From Marsupella aquatica (Eukaryota > Plantae > Marchantiophyta), in assembly GCA_973895155.1 (NCBI GenBank), contig OZ316892.1:23755971-23819970 (forward strand): a DNA stretch of 64,000 nucleotides. Direction: 5' to 3'. Positions within the stretch are counted from its first letter, which is position 1, and every line of letters begins with the position of its first letter. The translations under genes and the position numbers were made by a program. Under the pieces are notes generated by a model. The model was not told the origin of the DNA. It ran no database searches and saw only the letters and a list, made by a program, of their open reading frames with translations. Below are positions 40,860-55,255 of this stretch, piece by piece.

Positions 40860-41745
40860 AATCTTACTTATAAAGCACCAACTACAAGCTAGAGTTGGGA
40901 CCTAGATTTCTAGAGTGAAGCCTCTAGACCTTAACTCTATGCCTCATCATGTGAATGAAAAAACTCAAGACTATGATTTATGTTAAATGATAATTATGAA
41001 TGTAGTTTGTCATGATTTTTATTACATTGAAAAAAATCTATGGCCTCACCATAACATCTACAACTATAATACCCAATCCGCCAAATTAATTTTGTCTGTT
41101 GTCCGCTTACAAAAATAGTTCTGAGTGGGAATAATCTGCAGCCGTTGGATTCTTTTGCATTTTTTCCCTAACGGTTCAATGCAAAAAGGGGACCCTTGAA
41201 TGCAAAAAGGGGTGAGGCAGGGGTACTCCGTCCTCCCATTGGGCTTGAGGCAGGGGTATGCCCGATTGCCCACAACTCCCTCATAATTGATGTACTCCAT
41301 GCTGCCCAATGCCCAAGAGTGGAGCCGGTATGCAACCTGACCGGTGCCTACAACTCCTACCAGGCCCTCGTTTCCTCACTCACTCAATTGTGCAAGGCAT
41401 GGTGCTTGTATGAGCATAAAATGAGAAATGTGCATAGAAAAGAATATGATACATTAGGTATGATTATTAAAATGATAACATGCATGATGATTTTTTTTAT
41501 CATTGGGTTTGTGATGGGCCCAAAAATGTCTCCAATTTTTTTTCTGCACATAGGATTCTGATACATACAGAGTACAATACTAAAGAGAGAACATTTGCAA
41601 CTGTTTTTGTGACCAAATTGGTTAGGGCCTTGTTTCATAAACCTTCAAAGAATGTGAATTGTTTTTATTTTGGTGACATTTTTATTGTACTCCCCACAAT
41701 TCACTTTCAAAGAAAATGAACGAAAGTTGGGGTTAGTAAAACAAA
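40860..41745 (-). mobile_element. Dispersed repeat family A, copy 3 (inverted, interrupted by about 580 bp of other sequence)
   Basis: 40860-41055 matches the reverse complement of 13135-13340; 41640-41745 matches the reverse complement of 12990-13100. Confidence 0.65.
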
Positions 41746-43352
41746 ATATTGAAAGATAGATTGGACATTATTATAGCAATGGCAATGCTTACCAAAATTG
41801 GTAAGTATCTGAGTGTGTGGGGTTTTGATGTGCAGTTCCCAGGACGCCTATTATTGGTTCGCCCTAGTCCACGACGGAGGTACATTGCGCTGTTGGAGGT
41901 GGCGTTTTGTGCAGCTGGCACCCTTCGATTCGCCACGTAGACTGTCCCCGCGGGTCCTGCACTTCGAACAGGGGAGGAGAGATTCCGTAGAGAGACGAAG
42001 AGAAACATTCCTTTTTCGCGCATTTTGGCTCCGTCCGACGGATCACGAGATCTGCATCATCGCATGGTGAATGCTGCGAGTTTCGAGGGTTTGGCTTTCG
42101 CATCGCTACGGGCAAGTCAGGAATGATAATCTCTCCTATGATGCGGTGCGAAAATTAGTGTTGACGAGACAAGTCGCCTGCTTCGACGTTTGTGTTTTGG
42201 AAAACTTGAAGGTGAGCCGTTTTAGGTCGAAGAATTGCCATGCTTCGTCTTGCAGGTGTTTTCCTAAAGTTGTGAATTAAAATCTGGGGCATTTGAATTA
42301 TGTGGTAGAGAGTTTTTTCTGAAATCTCCATCTCTGCTTCTTTGAGCGAGGAAATGTATGCCTGTGAAGGAACCTAATTCGAAGCTAATTCACGAAAACT
42401 ATACGAGAAATTCACATTTGGGACGTGCTCCTTTGGCACACAGCTGCGCTAAGTATCCCTAAGTGTGGCAGGTAATCGAGGAGTCCTCCATTGTTGCGTC
42501 TCTGGCACCTGATGTAAAACTTGCCATAAGTCTGCTTCCCCCCTGGCAGCCCAGGTTTTTCAGAGTCGCCTTCCAGCAGTCTGCCAATTAAATGTAGATG
42601 CCCACTTCAGCAAAGATTTGTGCACAATCGATCTCTCATGCCGATGAACCCTACGTAGATGAGCCGTGCTCGTCCGGAAGAAATGTAGACCATTCTCGCA
42701 TTCGTATTGAGTGCTCATGTGTAGCTCTGCGTAGAATGTTCCCACCCCGAATTTTGTTAGTGCTGTCGATGCCCTAGATTGGCTACTGCCTACGATAATT
42801 CTGTGCAGTTGTGTGGAGCCTAGTGGTGCAATCTGTTCTGTGCTTTAGATATGGTGAACAGGTTTTGGAATTGTAGCGTCGCGCGGTTCCCCTCTGCCAC
42901 TGCTTTTGTCTAGATTTCTATCTGCTTTGAACTTCTCATTTATCCACTGAAGGCTAGAAATGCTAGAATTGTAGTTCCTCATTAATCCCTAAATTCATCA
43001 CCGTTGACGCTGACATGTGACATTTCCTTTGTTGGTGTACTATTTGTCCTTCGACTGGTGTAACTTCGTTAGTCGATCATTCAGCACTCCATTAGCGCCA
43101 TTAGCGCTGTGCACACCGTAGGATGTCAGATACTCATTAGAGGCTGAATCGCTGTAGCCGTTAAGTTAGCTGTGCCACTTAGGTTGTTTGTCTTCCTCTG
43201 ATCTCTTCATGCGTTGTACTTATGCTGTTTACGGCTGGTATAATTTCAGTGGAGTCCTCATTAATCCAATTTTGCAACATGCTTGATTTCTTATCTTGCT
43301 TCCTTTCTTTGCAGCGGTGGTCAGCAGATTTGTCAGGTAAATCGCCGCCAAA

Positions 43353-46300
43353 ATGATTCAGCGCACGCCCCCTGTTAGACAGAAGCGTTCTTCCCCATCC
43401 TCTTCACCACTAGTCCAAGTCAAGCAGGTTCATCAGATGGCGACTGTGGTGGAGTCGAAGACCTCTCCTTCTCCGTCGAAAAAGCTTCGTCGCCCAGGTG
43501 ACGTGACCATCGAAGAGCCAGATGAGCCATTTAGTCTGCGCTCTCTCCACAGAGGTTCTCCATGGGGGACCGCACAGCAACCCTTGGAGCAACGAGGCCA
43601 GCATATTGAAGAACTATCTACCAATTCGCACCATGCCGCCAGGAAATCCCTCATTTCAGATGATGACAGCGATGCTGAACTTGACTGGGACTCACTTCGG
43701 TGTAGCTACAAATGTCGTAATCTGGTAGGCGTTCTTGCGATCTCATGACGAATTTTATTTCCATCTTGGTTGTTCCGTCACTTCGTATGAGTAAACAACT
43801 CTTGTTGAATTCCTACGTAGAAGAATCTAATTTGGTTTAGTACCTTATGGGGCTACATTCAGAAATGGGGTATTCCTTTTCCCTATGCCTTTGCGTCGCA
43901 AATCTTCTGGCATACTACATACCAAGCTGTCCGTCGTTGTTCTGCAGTGCCGAAAGTGGCCAAAATGAGCAGGTCCTAAACACCGATGAATCGGGACACC
44001 TAAGCTCTTTGCTTGAACTTTGGATGAATATTCTGTGCGTTCCTCCGGCATTAGGAAAGGAGAATATATACGGACATTGTTAGCTGCGAACAGAAGTCTG
44101 CTAAATCTGTAGAAGCTTTACTTTAGGATTAACCTGAGCATCCAGGATGTAATGCAAGTGAGTTAGCAACTTGAAAGTGACGTGAGCTTCTTGTGAACTG
44201 AAATCTGATCGGAAACAGTGGATTTATAGGTGAAGTCAGATGTGCTGGTGTCTTTAGACTCGAGAGAGAAGCAAGTGGTAGAGCTTAAAGCTACGTTAGA
44301 CAAACTAAGGGCTGCGTACGCCACGTCAGGTACTTATCTCTCACTAGGTTTATCCCTTTCCTGCGTATGTTGGGCTGTGTAGATGTGCCACTGCTAGTCT
44401 CACAAAATATGTTTGAGATTCCTGAAAATATAACGTTACCCTTTCCTGGATATGTTGGCTTGGGCACAGATGAAGACAGAAGGAAACTGAAGAAAAGAGT
44501 ATATGGACTTGAACAAGGTTTGGCTGCAGCAAGAGAGAGAGAGACAGCCCTGTACAAGCAGCGGACACAAGAATCAGAAAGAAGTGCAGAGCTAATAAAA
44601 ACTCATTTGGCTCGATGCGCTGAACTAGAGGTACGTTTGGGTGTTGAAGTAAACTATTAGGGTTTTTATATCTCATGGAAAAATCTGCTCGATCTATAAG
44701 TCCTTCGCTACATGTAGGATATTTCCTGTCAAAGATCTGATTGATATATGCGGGTTACACCTACAAATTATGGCCACTTTGAATAGTATGCCGTTTGATC
44801 AAGTCTTTGTTCAGAACATTATGCGCCCTCTTTTGTGACTTTGTTGGTCTTGCGATATGGGATGACATCGATTTATCTTTGGGATTATGAAGTTACGTTT
44901 CTCGATGAGTCTGTACAGACAATGCTACAAGTGGAGATGAAGAAGCATGCAGAGGTGCAGGAAATGGCATTGGCACTTGAGGCTCGGGTTGCTGCGGCTG
45001 AAGATGAGAAGGAAAATAATCTTCAAAGTGCGACGCGAGAAGCTAATAAACTCAATAAAGAACTAGAAAGGGTGGAGATGGACAGCCTGTTTTCTTTAGC
45101 CAGAGTCAATGCAGAGGTACTTATTTCCTCATGTTTGTTCAGATGATTGTCCGTCTCCATCTCCTCATAAGTAGTGGCTGTTTTGTGAGCTAGGACAATC
45201 GGTATATTGGTCAGTTAATCTTCTCCCGAAGATTCAGTGGCCAATAAACCCGGAGACTGCAGCATGCATGGTATAATCTCCGGAAGATCCGTTAGATATT
45301 GTTCTTACAGTTGGAAGGTGTTCACAAGTGCTCACTGCAGTTTATTTTTTGGCTCAGCTCGAAATAGAAAAAACACACGCTGAAGGTGCAGGGGCTGAGG
45401 CTGAGAGACTAAGTGCACAACTCAATGAGATGCAAGGGGATATGGCAGAGGTTGGTATGGTATGATATGGTTTGGTTTGCTTTGGTTGGTTTTGACCCCC
45501 TATGTTGGAGGCTGCCCCTTAGTTGTTGCGTCTAGAGTCAGTTTGTGGCAGCAAAGATGTTACAGTAAGGGAGTATGTATAAGTGTGGATAAGTTTCCTC
45601 TTCAGAACCTCGTGAAATTGTTAAAGTAGATGACAGAAGTGAGGTCAATTTTCAGCGATGAATGCATATTTCAAAATTTCAAGTCCCTTATAAATTCCTG
45701 AAAGTTTTGCGCAGAATTTGGCAGAGAGACTTAAGTTGGAGCATCAAATCTTTGACGTCGACATACACACCTCGTCAACACGGACTGCAGGAACATCCGA
45801 AGCTGAGTTAGTTATCAGGCATTTAAAAGAGGAGCTTAGCCAATGCGTAAAGTTCTTTACCTGGCAACTGAATTCATACTCCATAACAGCAGTGTTAAAT
45901 TCTATAGAAATTTGGATCTTGCTGCAAATGGTAGCGATATATTCTGAGAAATTAGGCACCGAAAATGTCTGGATAGCAGTGCAATGTAGTTGTCCAAGTT
46001 CTGGTTTTCGTGTTGTAACAAATAGAAGAGCTTGTGTCAAATGTGATGCTCTTACGAACAGAGATTACGGAGTCATTTCAGCGCTGAGGTTTTACAAGTG
46101 TGTCACCTCCGTTTATTCAATTTTGATATTAATTGCAAGGAAGAAGTGGTCGCTAAGAATGAAGCCCAGAGGACTCCGTCGGTCGTAGTCCATGTTGAGC
46201 AGTTCTACATATTCTTCCTGATTCTTACCCCGTTTTAGTGCAGGAAGCAGAGCTCCGGGATGCAAGGAAGCTGAAACTTAAGCATGTGAATGCTGAGCTC

Positions 46301-49300
46301 CTTAAGGAGCGCCTTGCCACTGAGAAAGTTCGTGCTGATAGAGCAGAGGCAGAACTATCCAACTTAGCCAACCTGGAGTCGAAGGTAAAGGAGCTTGAAG
46401 CTGAGTTGTCGTCATGGAAAGAGATGATTGCCACCTTGCCGGGTGTTGAGACCTGCAACGATGTGAGATTAAAGTTCGCTGAGCTCCAAAGGTAGAGTTA
46501 TTTTGTCCACATATTTGTCTCGCACTGTTGGAGGATTGTCACAACGCCTTTTGGCTTTTGAGGCTCATAGCGAGGAAATAATTTGTACGGATGCAAATGG
46601 TTTGGATTGCAAACCTTATTCTGTGAAGATTTATTTTATTGATCCTCCTTCGGGACTTACTGTGATTTGCAGAGAAGTTGTTGCTGCAGTTTCCAAGGCA
46701 GGGGAATCCCATGCTCAAACGACAAAGCTGCAGACAGCCCTTGAATTAGCAGAAAGTGCTAAGCACCAAGCTGAAACTGCAGCTGATTCGGCTCAAGCAG
46801 AAGCTGTGGAGGCCGTCTTAAATCTTAAGAGAGCTGAGCGGAAGGTTTGTCTTGTCGCTTGATGTTCCCTGGTGCTAAAGAAGGCACCATACGTTATCTA
46901 CATTCTGACTGCGTTAAGAAATCAGTTACTAGTTTGGACTTCCTGTCGAGGCACTGAAGGTTGGTTCGCTTGACTGATACGTACTTCTGACCTATCTGTG
47001 CCAGGCGTTACTTTTGGCCAAGGAGCGAGATGGGCTGAAGGCAATTCTGGCCTCCTATGATGAAGAAGAACATGTCATAGCTAGTCATCAAAAGTCGGTC
47101 ACTGGGATTGCCAATCTTGCTACGCCAGAGAAGGCAAAAGAGTTCCGCATTCAGGTAGGAAGGATTAAGGAGGGGAAGGTCAAGATTGACATGAATTGAG
47201 TATGTTTGACCCAGCTTAAGAGCTTTGTACTGATGGATCTGACGCACAAACTCACGCGTACTGTCCTTTGATGTGCCAGCAACTAGAGCGAGCATTGACG
47301 GATTCTCAGCAGCAAATAAAGACACTTGGCGAAGAAGTGGAGAAAAGCGTGAAATCCACAACTGAGCAACGTCACAGAGCAGAGAACTTACGTTTGATTC
47401 TGGCAGAAGCAGAGGAGAAATACAAAGCCATCGATCGTGAGGCTGGACAGCTTAGGTCCGAAGTTTCTATGTTGGAGAGCAAGGTGCGGGTTTGTATTTC
47501 TGCAAGACTTTTACTAATTTTGAAGACAATTGTGTGTAATGTGTTTTTGAAGTTGATACATACTGTATGATGTTCCGTAAATCTTTTGTCAACTTTGCAC
47601 TTCTGTCACCTTTACTTAGTGAAACGGAGTTGATGGGCTCAAATTTGTATTGTGGCACCCTCTGCCGATCCCCCACCTGACTTCACCTCATCTTGGGAAT
47701 GAAAGTTACGTCTACCATTGTTTTGACAAGATTTTCCATTCATCAAATGAGGTCCATCCCCAGCCTGTAGATCTTCCAACTTTAAATATTAACTTCTCCA
47801 ATGTCAGACGAAGGTGTCCGAGTAGAACAAGAAACATGAAGTAGGTCATAGATGAATATAGTATCGCGCCACTGTGTAGAGTGCAGGTTTCGTGCAAGTT
47901 TAGAATGTCGGTTGTTGTTTTCTTTGATCCATTGAAATGTGAACTGTCGGCATTTCCAAATCTCTGTCTTCTGAAGTTATCGGGACATTCCTCATAGTTG
48001 GCATGGAAATTTTGTAGCACGAAAAGTTCTGTATATTCTCAATTCTGTTCGGAGGGGTACTGTTTTCAATTAAAGCCGAAGTTGAGTGTTCCTTGTTGGG
48101 ATTGATTTGTTCCAGGTGGGAAGAGGTGAATCAAACTTGTCCAACACAAAGGTGCTGCACATGGTTATCAACCCAGAGGCAGAGGTCCATGGGCAGTCAG
48201 AAGCTCAGGCCTTACGTGTCAGATTAGAGATGCATGAAAGAAACTTTGGTGGGTTCCATGGACTTTCTTTGTCACCCTGGTGAATTTATCACCCTTCCCT
48301 TCTTCAAAGAGTAGCAGATTCGCTATCTATGCAGCCTGCAGATATTTGTAGGATATTTACTACTGGTAATGAAGGCAATAAACTCAAAGAAAGAGTTTAG
48401 CTCTAACACCTTCATAGCTTTGGCACATCATGATTTTGAGCTTACTACGTATCAATGTTTTGCTTGCATAACATCAAGAGCATTTTGTCTAAATTCTATA
48501 GCTGATTTCTGGACCGATCAAAAGATGGCTGCAGGGATGATAGTCCAGTGAATGACGGTGGGATTGACAAAGAGAAAGTGACGGTGCTCACACGGCGTGT
48601 TACTGCTCTAGAAAAGCGTGAAGCAAGGTTTGTAGATTTCTTTCTTGACTACTTGATTTCTTGGCTTTTTGGTTTGTCCGTGGTTTACATTCTAGCAGTT
48701 GGCCCGTAATAAATAAGATACAGCTTAGGAGTCTGGTGCTCCCAATTTGGAGATTAGAAGCTCACTTCCATAGCTTGAACGACTTGCAAGTAAGGACTCA
48801 GACTCGAGTGATTGTGAATTTCTCAGTCTTCGCCTATAATGACTTTCAAAAACTGTGATCCAGGTTTAGGATCCAAAGGATAACTGGATTACTTGAAAAA
48901 TTTCGGATTTTGATAGTTTAACCTGTTGATGAGCTTTGCAATTTATCTGAAGGCGTCAGGCGTTCAGATTCTTTGACCGACTCTTGGACCGTGGTTCATT
49001 TCTTTCTCATTGTCGTCTTGCACAGGTACAAACAAGTATTTGCAAACAAAATATCCGTCTTCAGGGAGGCCTGTGGCCTTATATTTGGCTACAAGGTACG
49101 ACTCTGGGGGTAAATGCATGAGCTTAAGGGTTTGAATCAATCCTTCAATGGTGTTTGGATCTATGATGGAAAGGCTGTGCCGGATCCATAGCTTTAATGC
49201 AGATGGTTCTCTGCTGTTTTTTGGGCTGAATATATTTCCTTTCTAAGAATTAGGGGATTTAAATGAACAATTTGCCGGTAACGTCCCCAGAATGAGTGGT

Positions 49301-50262
49301 CGTACTACCCTTAGGAGTTAACAGAAGTCATGGGCACACGCCTTCGAGTTCACCATTTTCTCTGCTTTTGTTCTTTGGACTGATTGATTTAGTTTCTGGC
49401 AGATTGTGCTTTGAATGGGCTACTCATTAGTTTCGTAGGAGAACTGTCTTAATTTATTTTACAGCAGACTTTGGAAGTCCCTAACATTGTAGGCTCTTAT
49501 GACTCTACCACACAGGTGCAAATGAACGAGGAACAGGATTCATCTACCGGCAGCTCAATCACATTGTTTACCCTTCGGTCCATCTATTCAACAAGTGAGG
49601 AGGAGCAAATCCAGTTTCAATTTAAGGCAGGCACTCTGGAGATGATTGTACGTCCCCTCCTTCTACATCTCTTGGACCTCTTCATCGTTCTATACTGCAG
49701 TCCATATATTCGAAGTCAAGGACCAGCCATAGCTTCGAAAGTCTGGATAGTTGGACTTATACTGCGTACACATTATGCAACCTTTTTTGAGAAAACAAGT
49801 GGCAACTAAGTAGATCATATGCCTTGCTATGTTTCTAGTAGTCCAAATCAATTCAATATGGAGAGGATATGGATAATTGCCTTGGATAATGCGGGCTTTA
49901 GTAAAAAGTTAGCTTCAACTTTTCCTGTGTGAATCTCACTAATCAAGAACACACTTGGGACTCGCTTCTACAGGCAAATGACTACGTTTCATCTCCAGAA
50001 CTTCAGCGTCAGGTGCCAGACCATCTACTGTCTAACCAATTGTACCAAATAAGCTCAAAATCTTCGTGTGTTGAAAGTGAATTGATCGATTGTGGAGTTG
50101 TTTGTGGGTGTGGCACATGTCAAAGTTTACTTCTTCCTTGTTTAATAGCTGCATGTGCTTCCTCCTCAACAGGTGAACACTTTTGTGAGGAACTACAAGT
50201 CCATTCCAGCATTTATTGCAAATCTTACGATGGAACAATTTAACAAGACTACTCTAGGTTGA
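43353..50262 (+). CDS. MAD1: Mitotic spindle checkpoint protein MAD1, about 16 coding exons
   Basis: N-terminal MIQRTPP, long coiled coil (EAELRDARKLK, KERDGLKAILASYDEE), Mad2-interaction motif TKVLHMVINP, EARYKQVFANKISVFREACGLIFGYK, TLFTLRSIY, C-terminal SIPAFIANLTMEQFNKTTLG*. Confidence 0.94.
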
Positions 50263-51440
50263 GGTGGGCCTATTTTTGGGATTCATCCTGGGAACTGTGA
50301 CACGCTGGACTAGATGGCTCGGCCGGTCGTAGTTGTCACACCCGTTTCGTACACGTGATGGAGGCATGGTTAATGAGATAAGTCTTTCAAGGTCTACGAC
50401 AGAAGCAATATTTTGACAATCAACTCCTCGGAAAATCTGATAAGGTTATTAGAGTTTCTGCGGCACTGTTTGTCGGATTTATCCTTTGGAATTGCCTGCA
50501 TTGAAAGAGAGGCTGAGGCCTGGTCAGTGGCACCCACATGCTTCGATTTCTGAGTGACAACTGCATGTCAACTGTGAAAACTGCCTTGCTGCACCATCAC
50601 AACCTCACATGCCTGGCTCAAGTCTCGTTACGGCCCTTTTAAGTTGGCAAGTTAAGTCCACAGACCGGTGCAATCGCGGTCATTATCCACCCGATTCCTC
50701 AGGTTCTTGAGCTGGATTTGGATCAGAAATTTATCCTGGTATGTCGAATCTTGTGAAGGAGAGGACAAGTAGACTTGATCTGCTTTCAGTGTGAAGCCCT
50801 GTTCAGCAGGTAAAGGCTTTGAGTAGGAGGTTACAACAGGACTCATGTTAAGGGCTCCGTAGAATATTTAATGAAAGATTAGTCTAGTAACAATTGTTGT
50901 CTTCTCCACCGAAGAAGGTCCTTGCTTCTGAACGGAGCCTGGAGAGAGGATAGTTTGGGATTGGTACGATGTTCTCTTCTGTTGAGCCGGAATGTGTCGC
51001 ATATTTAAATTGGAAAGTGGTCACTTCTCTAGAAGCCTGGATTTCTTTTGTGCGGAAGACCTCTTGGTCCGTAGTTGGAAATTTTTGGGTCACATGTAAG
51101 CGAATCATGCGCTAATTATAATAATCAGTGACAAATGTGAAACTAGGAATTTAGGGTGCAGATTGTCAAGAGGTTGGAGAGGATTGATTGCCTACAAGAC
51201 ATTGCAAAGTTCGTCCAGCTTACAGTTGTGGTGCCATGAATAAATTGATAAAAACTGGCAGGATCAGATGCGTTGTGTTGTCGACAGCATCATTCTGCTT
51301 AGGTTCAGGCTTTTGTCATCTTGGTCCATGATATGATCCATAAATGAAAGTATTTTCGAACACGTAAGTTGGGACACATTGTGTGTGTAGACTTAGCCAC
51401 AGCATGCCACTTAACTGGCAACGAAAGCTGTTCTCAGGTG

Positions 51441-54400
51441 ATGATAGGTGGCAAAGACCGCATGGGACCTTCTGAGTTGCGAAGTAGAACGCAAGATAGT
51501 TGTGAAGGCCCTATTTCTGAGGGTTACATCCAACACTGGTTTCAGGAAGAGTTCCTTCGGCTCTTTGAGGAGGAACCTGAGTTTCGTGAGCAAGTTCTTA
51601 AATGCGTATTGACGGGGGACGACGACGAGGGCGAGGGCAATGTTAAAATGAGAAAGCCTCGCAGGTAAGGAGAGATTGGCGGATATGTAATGCTGGTAGC
51701 CTCTATACATTTCAGACTCTATGGCATTTGATGCAATGTGGGCCTCTGGCATTAGAAGCAAGACTCCCATCCAGGTATGCCTTTGGTTTTTCATCCAAGA
51801 GCCTAGTCATGATCTGTATTATATCGGAATCTCTGCACGGTGAATTTTGTATCTTCATCTCAAAAGATGCCTGAAACACAACTGTTTCTTTGTCCGTTGT
51901 GCCAGTTTGATAACCGATAATGCTTAAACTATCCGTAGGATCACCGTAAGATCTGAATGAACTTTCTCGTATCTTATGTCCGAAGATTCCCTTATGACTA
52001 CCAGTTCTGCACTGTATATCTAGAATCTTTCACATGTACGATGAATTCGGATCATCGTGCTCGTACCAAAGCAGGTTTGCACAGAGCGAATGATTTTAGA
52101 GCAGAGCGAAGGGTAATTCAGCGGTGAGATAGGATAGATGGTAGATGGTTAGAGCTGCAATTTTGATAGCGGTTTCTGAAACAGTTGATGGTGATAGCTC
52201 ATCATGTCCTCTTTCTTCGTGGATATAGAGTTCCTGCTTCAATGGATTCGCCACATCACTGTCATCGCCTAAATCAGTAAGCATCTTTCTTTACCCTTGG
52301 CTGGATGTTTCAATCTTTAAGAGCAGGTGTATGCTCATTTGCAGGACCTGGTTCAATGGGATAGGTGAGATCCAGGAAGTCTCCTGTGAGGAGGCAAGAT
52401 ACTTACATCTCTGTGGGGAGACCACCTGTACAGATTCTGATATGTCCTCTGAGGCAGCAGATGAAAAATGTCATATTGTATTGAAAACTAACCCTGCCAC
52501 ATATGAGCAGCCAAGTCGGCAGCGATTGGGTGAAAAGCTAACGGCTGTAAGTGGGGAGCCTGTGGCAGAAGATTTGTTTCCTTCCAAGGCAATTGATAAT
52601 AAAGATGTGGACAAGAATCAGTCTGGTATTCTCATTTTAGGCAACTCCAAGGTCAACTACTACTTGCCTGGTGGGTGTCTTCTTTGCGGACCAGAACTCC
52701 CAACATGAAACCAATTTCAATTAATGTATGAACCAAACGCAGCATAAACGAAATTTCTTTTATTGTAAGGAACAGTTCAGTTTGCCTGGTCTAGGAAACT
52801 TTGTGACGGTGCAGTTCTCCTATTGCTTCTGCCCTAGTCACTTCTTTTAAGAAAGCTTATAACAGAGACCAATTTCAAATTTGAAGAGTGTAAGAAGCGA
52901 AAAGAACATTCCCGACTCTGACAGGAGCAGTAGAGGGGGTTGATCTGGTTCCAAAAGTCCTTGAGTTTGACAACTGATAATGTGAAGAATTGTTAAGGAG
53001 CGTGTCAAGTTAGTTGAGTATTTGTGTATCAAAATGAAAAATAAGCAGTCTGATATGTAGTGCAAGACGTTCGAGAGCATTCTAAATTTGCTTGCCAGGA
53101 ATTCTGGAATTAAGCCCTAGACTCCATATAGGATAACGTAAAAGTCAATGAAGTGTCTTCACCCTCTGATATTAAAGTTGAAGAATAATCTACGGACTGT
53201 AATAAGATTCTAACTGTCCTCATCTAAGAGACTTTTCACAGCAGCACAATAGTAACTCCTGGTCCTTGTCCATCATCAGCTGTCTTGGAAGGGAAACACA
53301 AAATTCTTGAGGAGAGCACGACAGGTCCATGCGTTCACGAAAGAGGAACCCAGACATGGAAAGCCAACCCACTCTACTTGCACAGCAACTCCGATAGTGA
53401 CAGTAACGATTCTTGGCAACAAGAACGCTCCAGTGTAGCTGGGATGGATGATCTGGAGAATGGCAAAATGCTTCGGGAAGTAAAAATGAGGAAAGTGAAG
53501 AGGTTGGAAGAGTCTCGGCGTTCGCGAAAGGTAAGTATGCTAAGTCTTGTATATGGGCGAGCTTAGTTTGACCGTTCTTTGCCTGCACCCCTCAGGTTTT
53601 GAGGGTTCATGCTTGACTAGCGAGAGACAGGGTAAGGATCCACCTATACAGGGTTGAAAATAGTTATACCAACTCACTAGTCATATATCACCTACTTGTC
53701 AATCATGCCAACACTTTCTCGTCTGTGCTCTCAGGCTGATGGATGCAACAACTGGAGAGAAAACCCAAAGGGTGTTCATGACATATATCTGCCAAGTAAT
53801 ATTCAAGGACTTCCTCAATATTTCTCCGAAGATAGTAAGGCAGGAAATTCACAAGGAAAGAAACTATTGGATAAAGAAGGAACAAGAAATCTCCCAATTA
53901 ATACTCTTTTTCGACCTCCACCATCCTTTATCTGTGTTTTATCTGAGAAGACCGATGAAAAAACAGTCAAATCTTCCACTGAAAAGGACACTGGAGAAAC
54001 TTTCGCCCCGGATGACAGAAAGAACAGAAATCTCCCATTTGTCAGTGAGCGTAAACATCAGGCCACTTCTTGTGTTCGTGTTTATGGAGATGAAGTGGGA
54101 GATTTCACATCAGCACGTCCCTCAGAAGAATACGAGAGTTTACATCAGAACCTAGCTTGGAAGAACCCTCTTATTCTCGTCTCCCAGGGTTTGCCTTCCG
54201 TTTCTGTCCAGGAGGATGAGAAGGCATTACTCGAACACACCTTGCCTGAGGTCTCTGTACCGAAACACAAGCTGAATAGGGATGTGACGTTCCCCTCTGC
54301 AGGTCAGACTCCGAAAACAAAGGAATTAGTAACAAATGAGCATGCGAACCCGCAAACGTTACTAGAGACCATTTCACCAGCGGAAGAGAGGCTGACATGC

Positions 54401-55255
54401 GACGAACAAATGATTTCTTCCGTATCAAAAATCTCCAGTTCCGCTCTTCTGGATAAACTTCACGGAAATGAAGAAGACACCCAATCATTAGTGAGGTCTT
54501 GCCCAGCACCAGTCATAAACTTGGATGTGCAGTGTGCGTGCTTGACTGAGGAAATTCACTTCCCACCACATTATGCCCTTGATGCACAGAGTGAGAGAAC
54601 ATTTCCCTCAAACAGCATTCTTGGATCAACAAAGCGCCTTAAGGAGAATCGCATCTCTCAAGGACAACCAAATGCCTTTTTGAATTGTGAATGTGACCAG
54701 GTAGTTGCTGGAGAAGTGATGTTGCACGAAAGAAACAAAAGGGTTCACGAGGACACTGGAGGTTCTTGCAGTAGTTTTGATGATGGGGAAAGACCTGCAC
54801 TCGTAGGTTCCGGTCAAGTATCAATTTGTGAGAGCGTCACCGAACGAGAAACGACTGATCCATTGGCTGTTTGTGGAGCTATGTTGAGTGAGAAGAAAGG
54901 TTCAAGTCCCTTACCACCAAGGATTTTGAGAGCCTCTCGTCTTGCAGCCATAGATGAAGAGCAACAGGTAGTAGATGCCCCCAAAACCCTTCACGATGTA
55001 AGTTTTTCTAGACACATAGCAAGACGTGCAGCTTTCAAGCCAGCTAAGAACATTCACTGGCTACCACCCAAGCGAAATATTCAGTTGACGGGGATTCAAG
55101 GGTCAAGTGCCCATCGGCCATCAGATATTGTCAAGAGAGAGAGTATCAAGTGGGACGTCACATGCAATCGACCTCAACCGAAGGCACCTAAGTTCGGTAA
55201 AAATTTGAATTCAAAGGCGTGCGAGTTCATTTTATGCAAATCAAATAACACATAA
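51441..55255 (+). CDS. Unrecognised multi-exon protein, largely predicted disordered; exons about 51441-51664, 52345-52670, 53229-53530, 53735-55197 or later; 3' end uncertain (55255 or up to about 55773)
   Basis: A 519-codon open frame plus upstream exons with GT-AG borders that join in frame; no family motif recognised. Confidence 0.65.
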
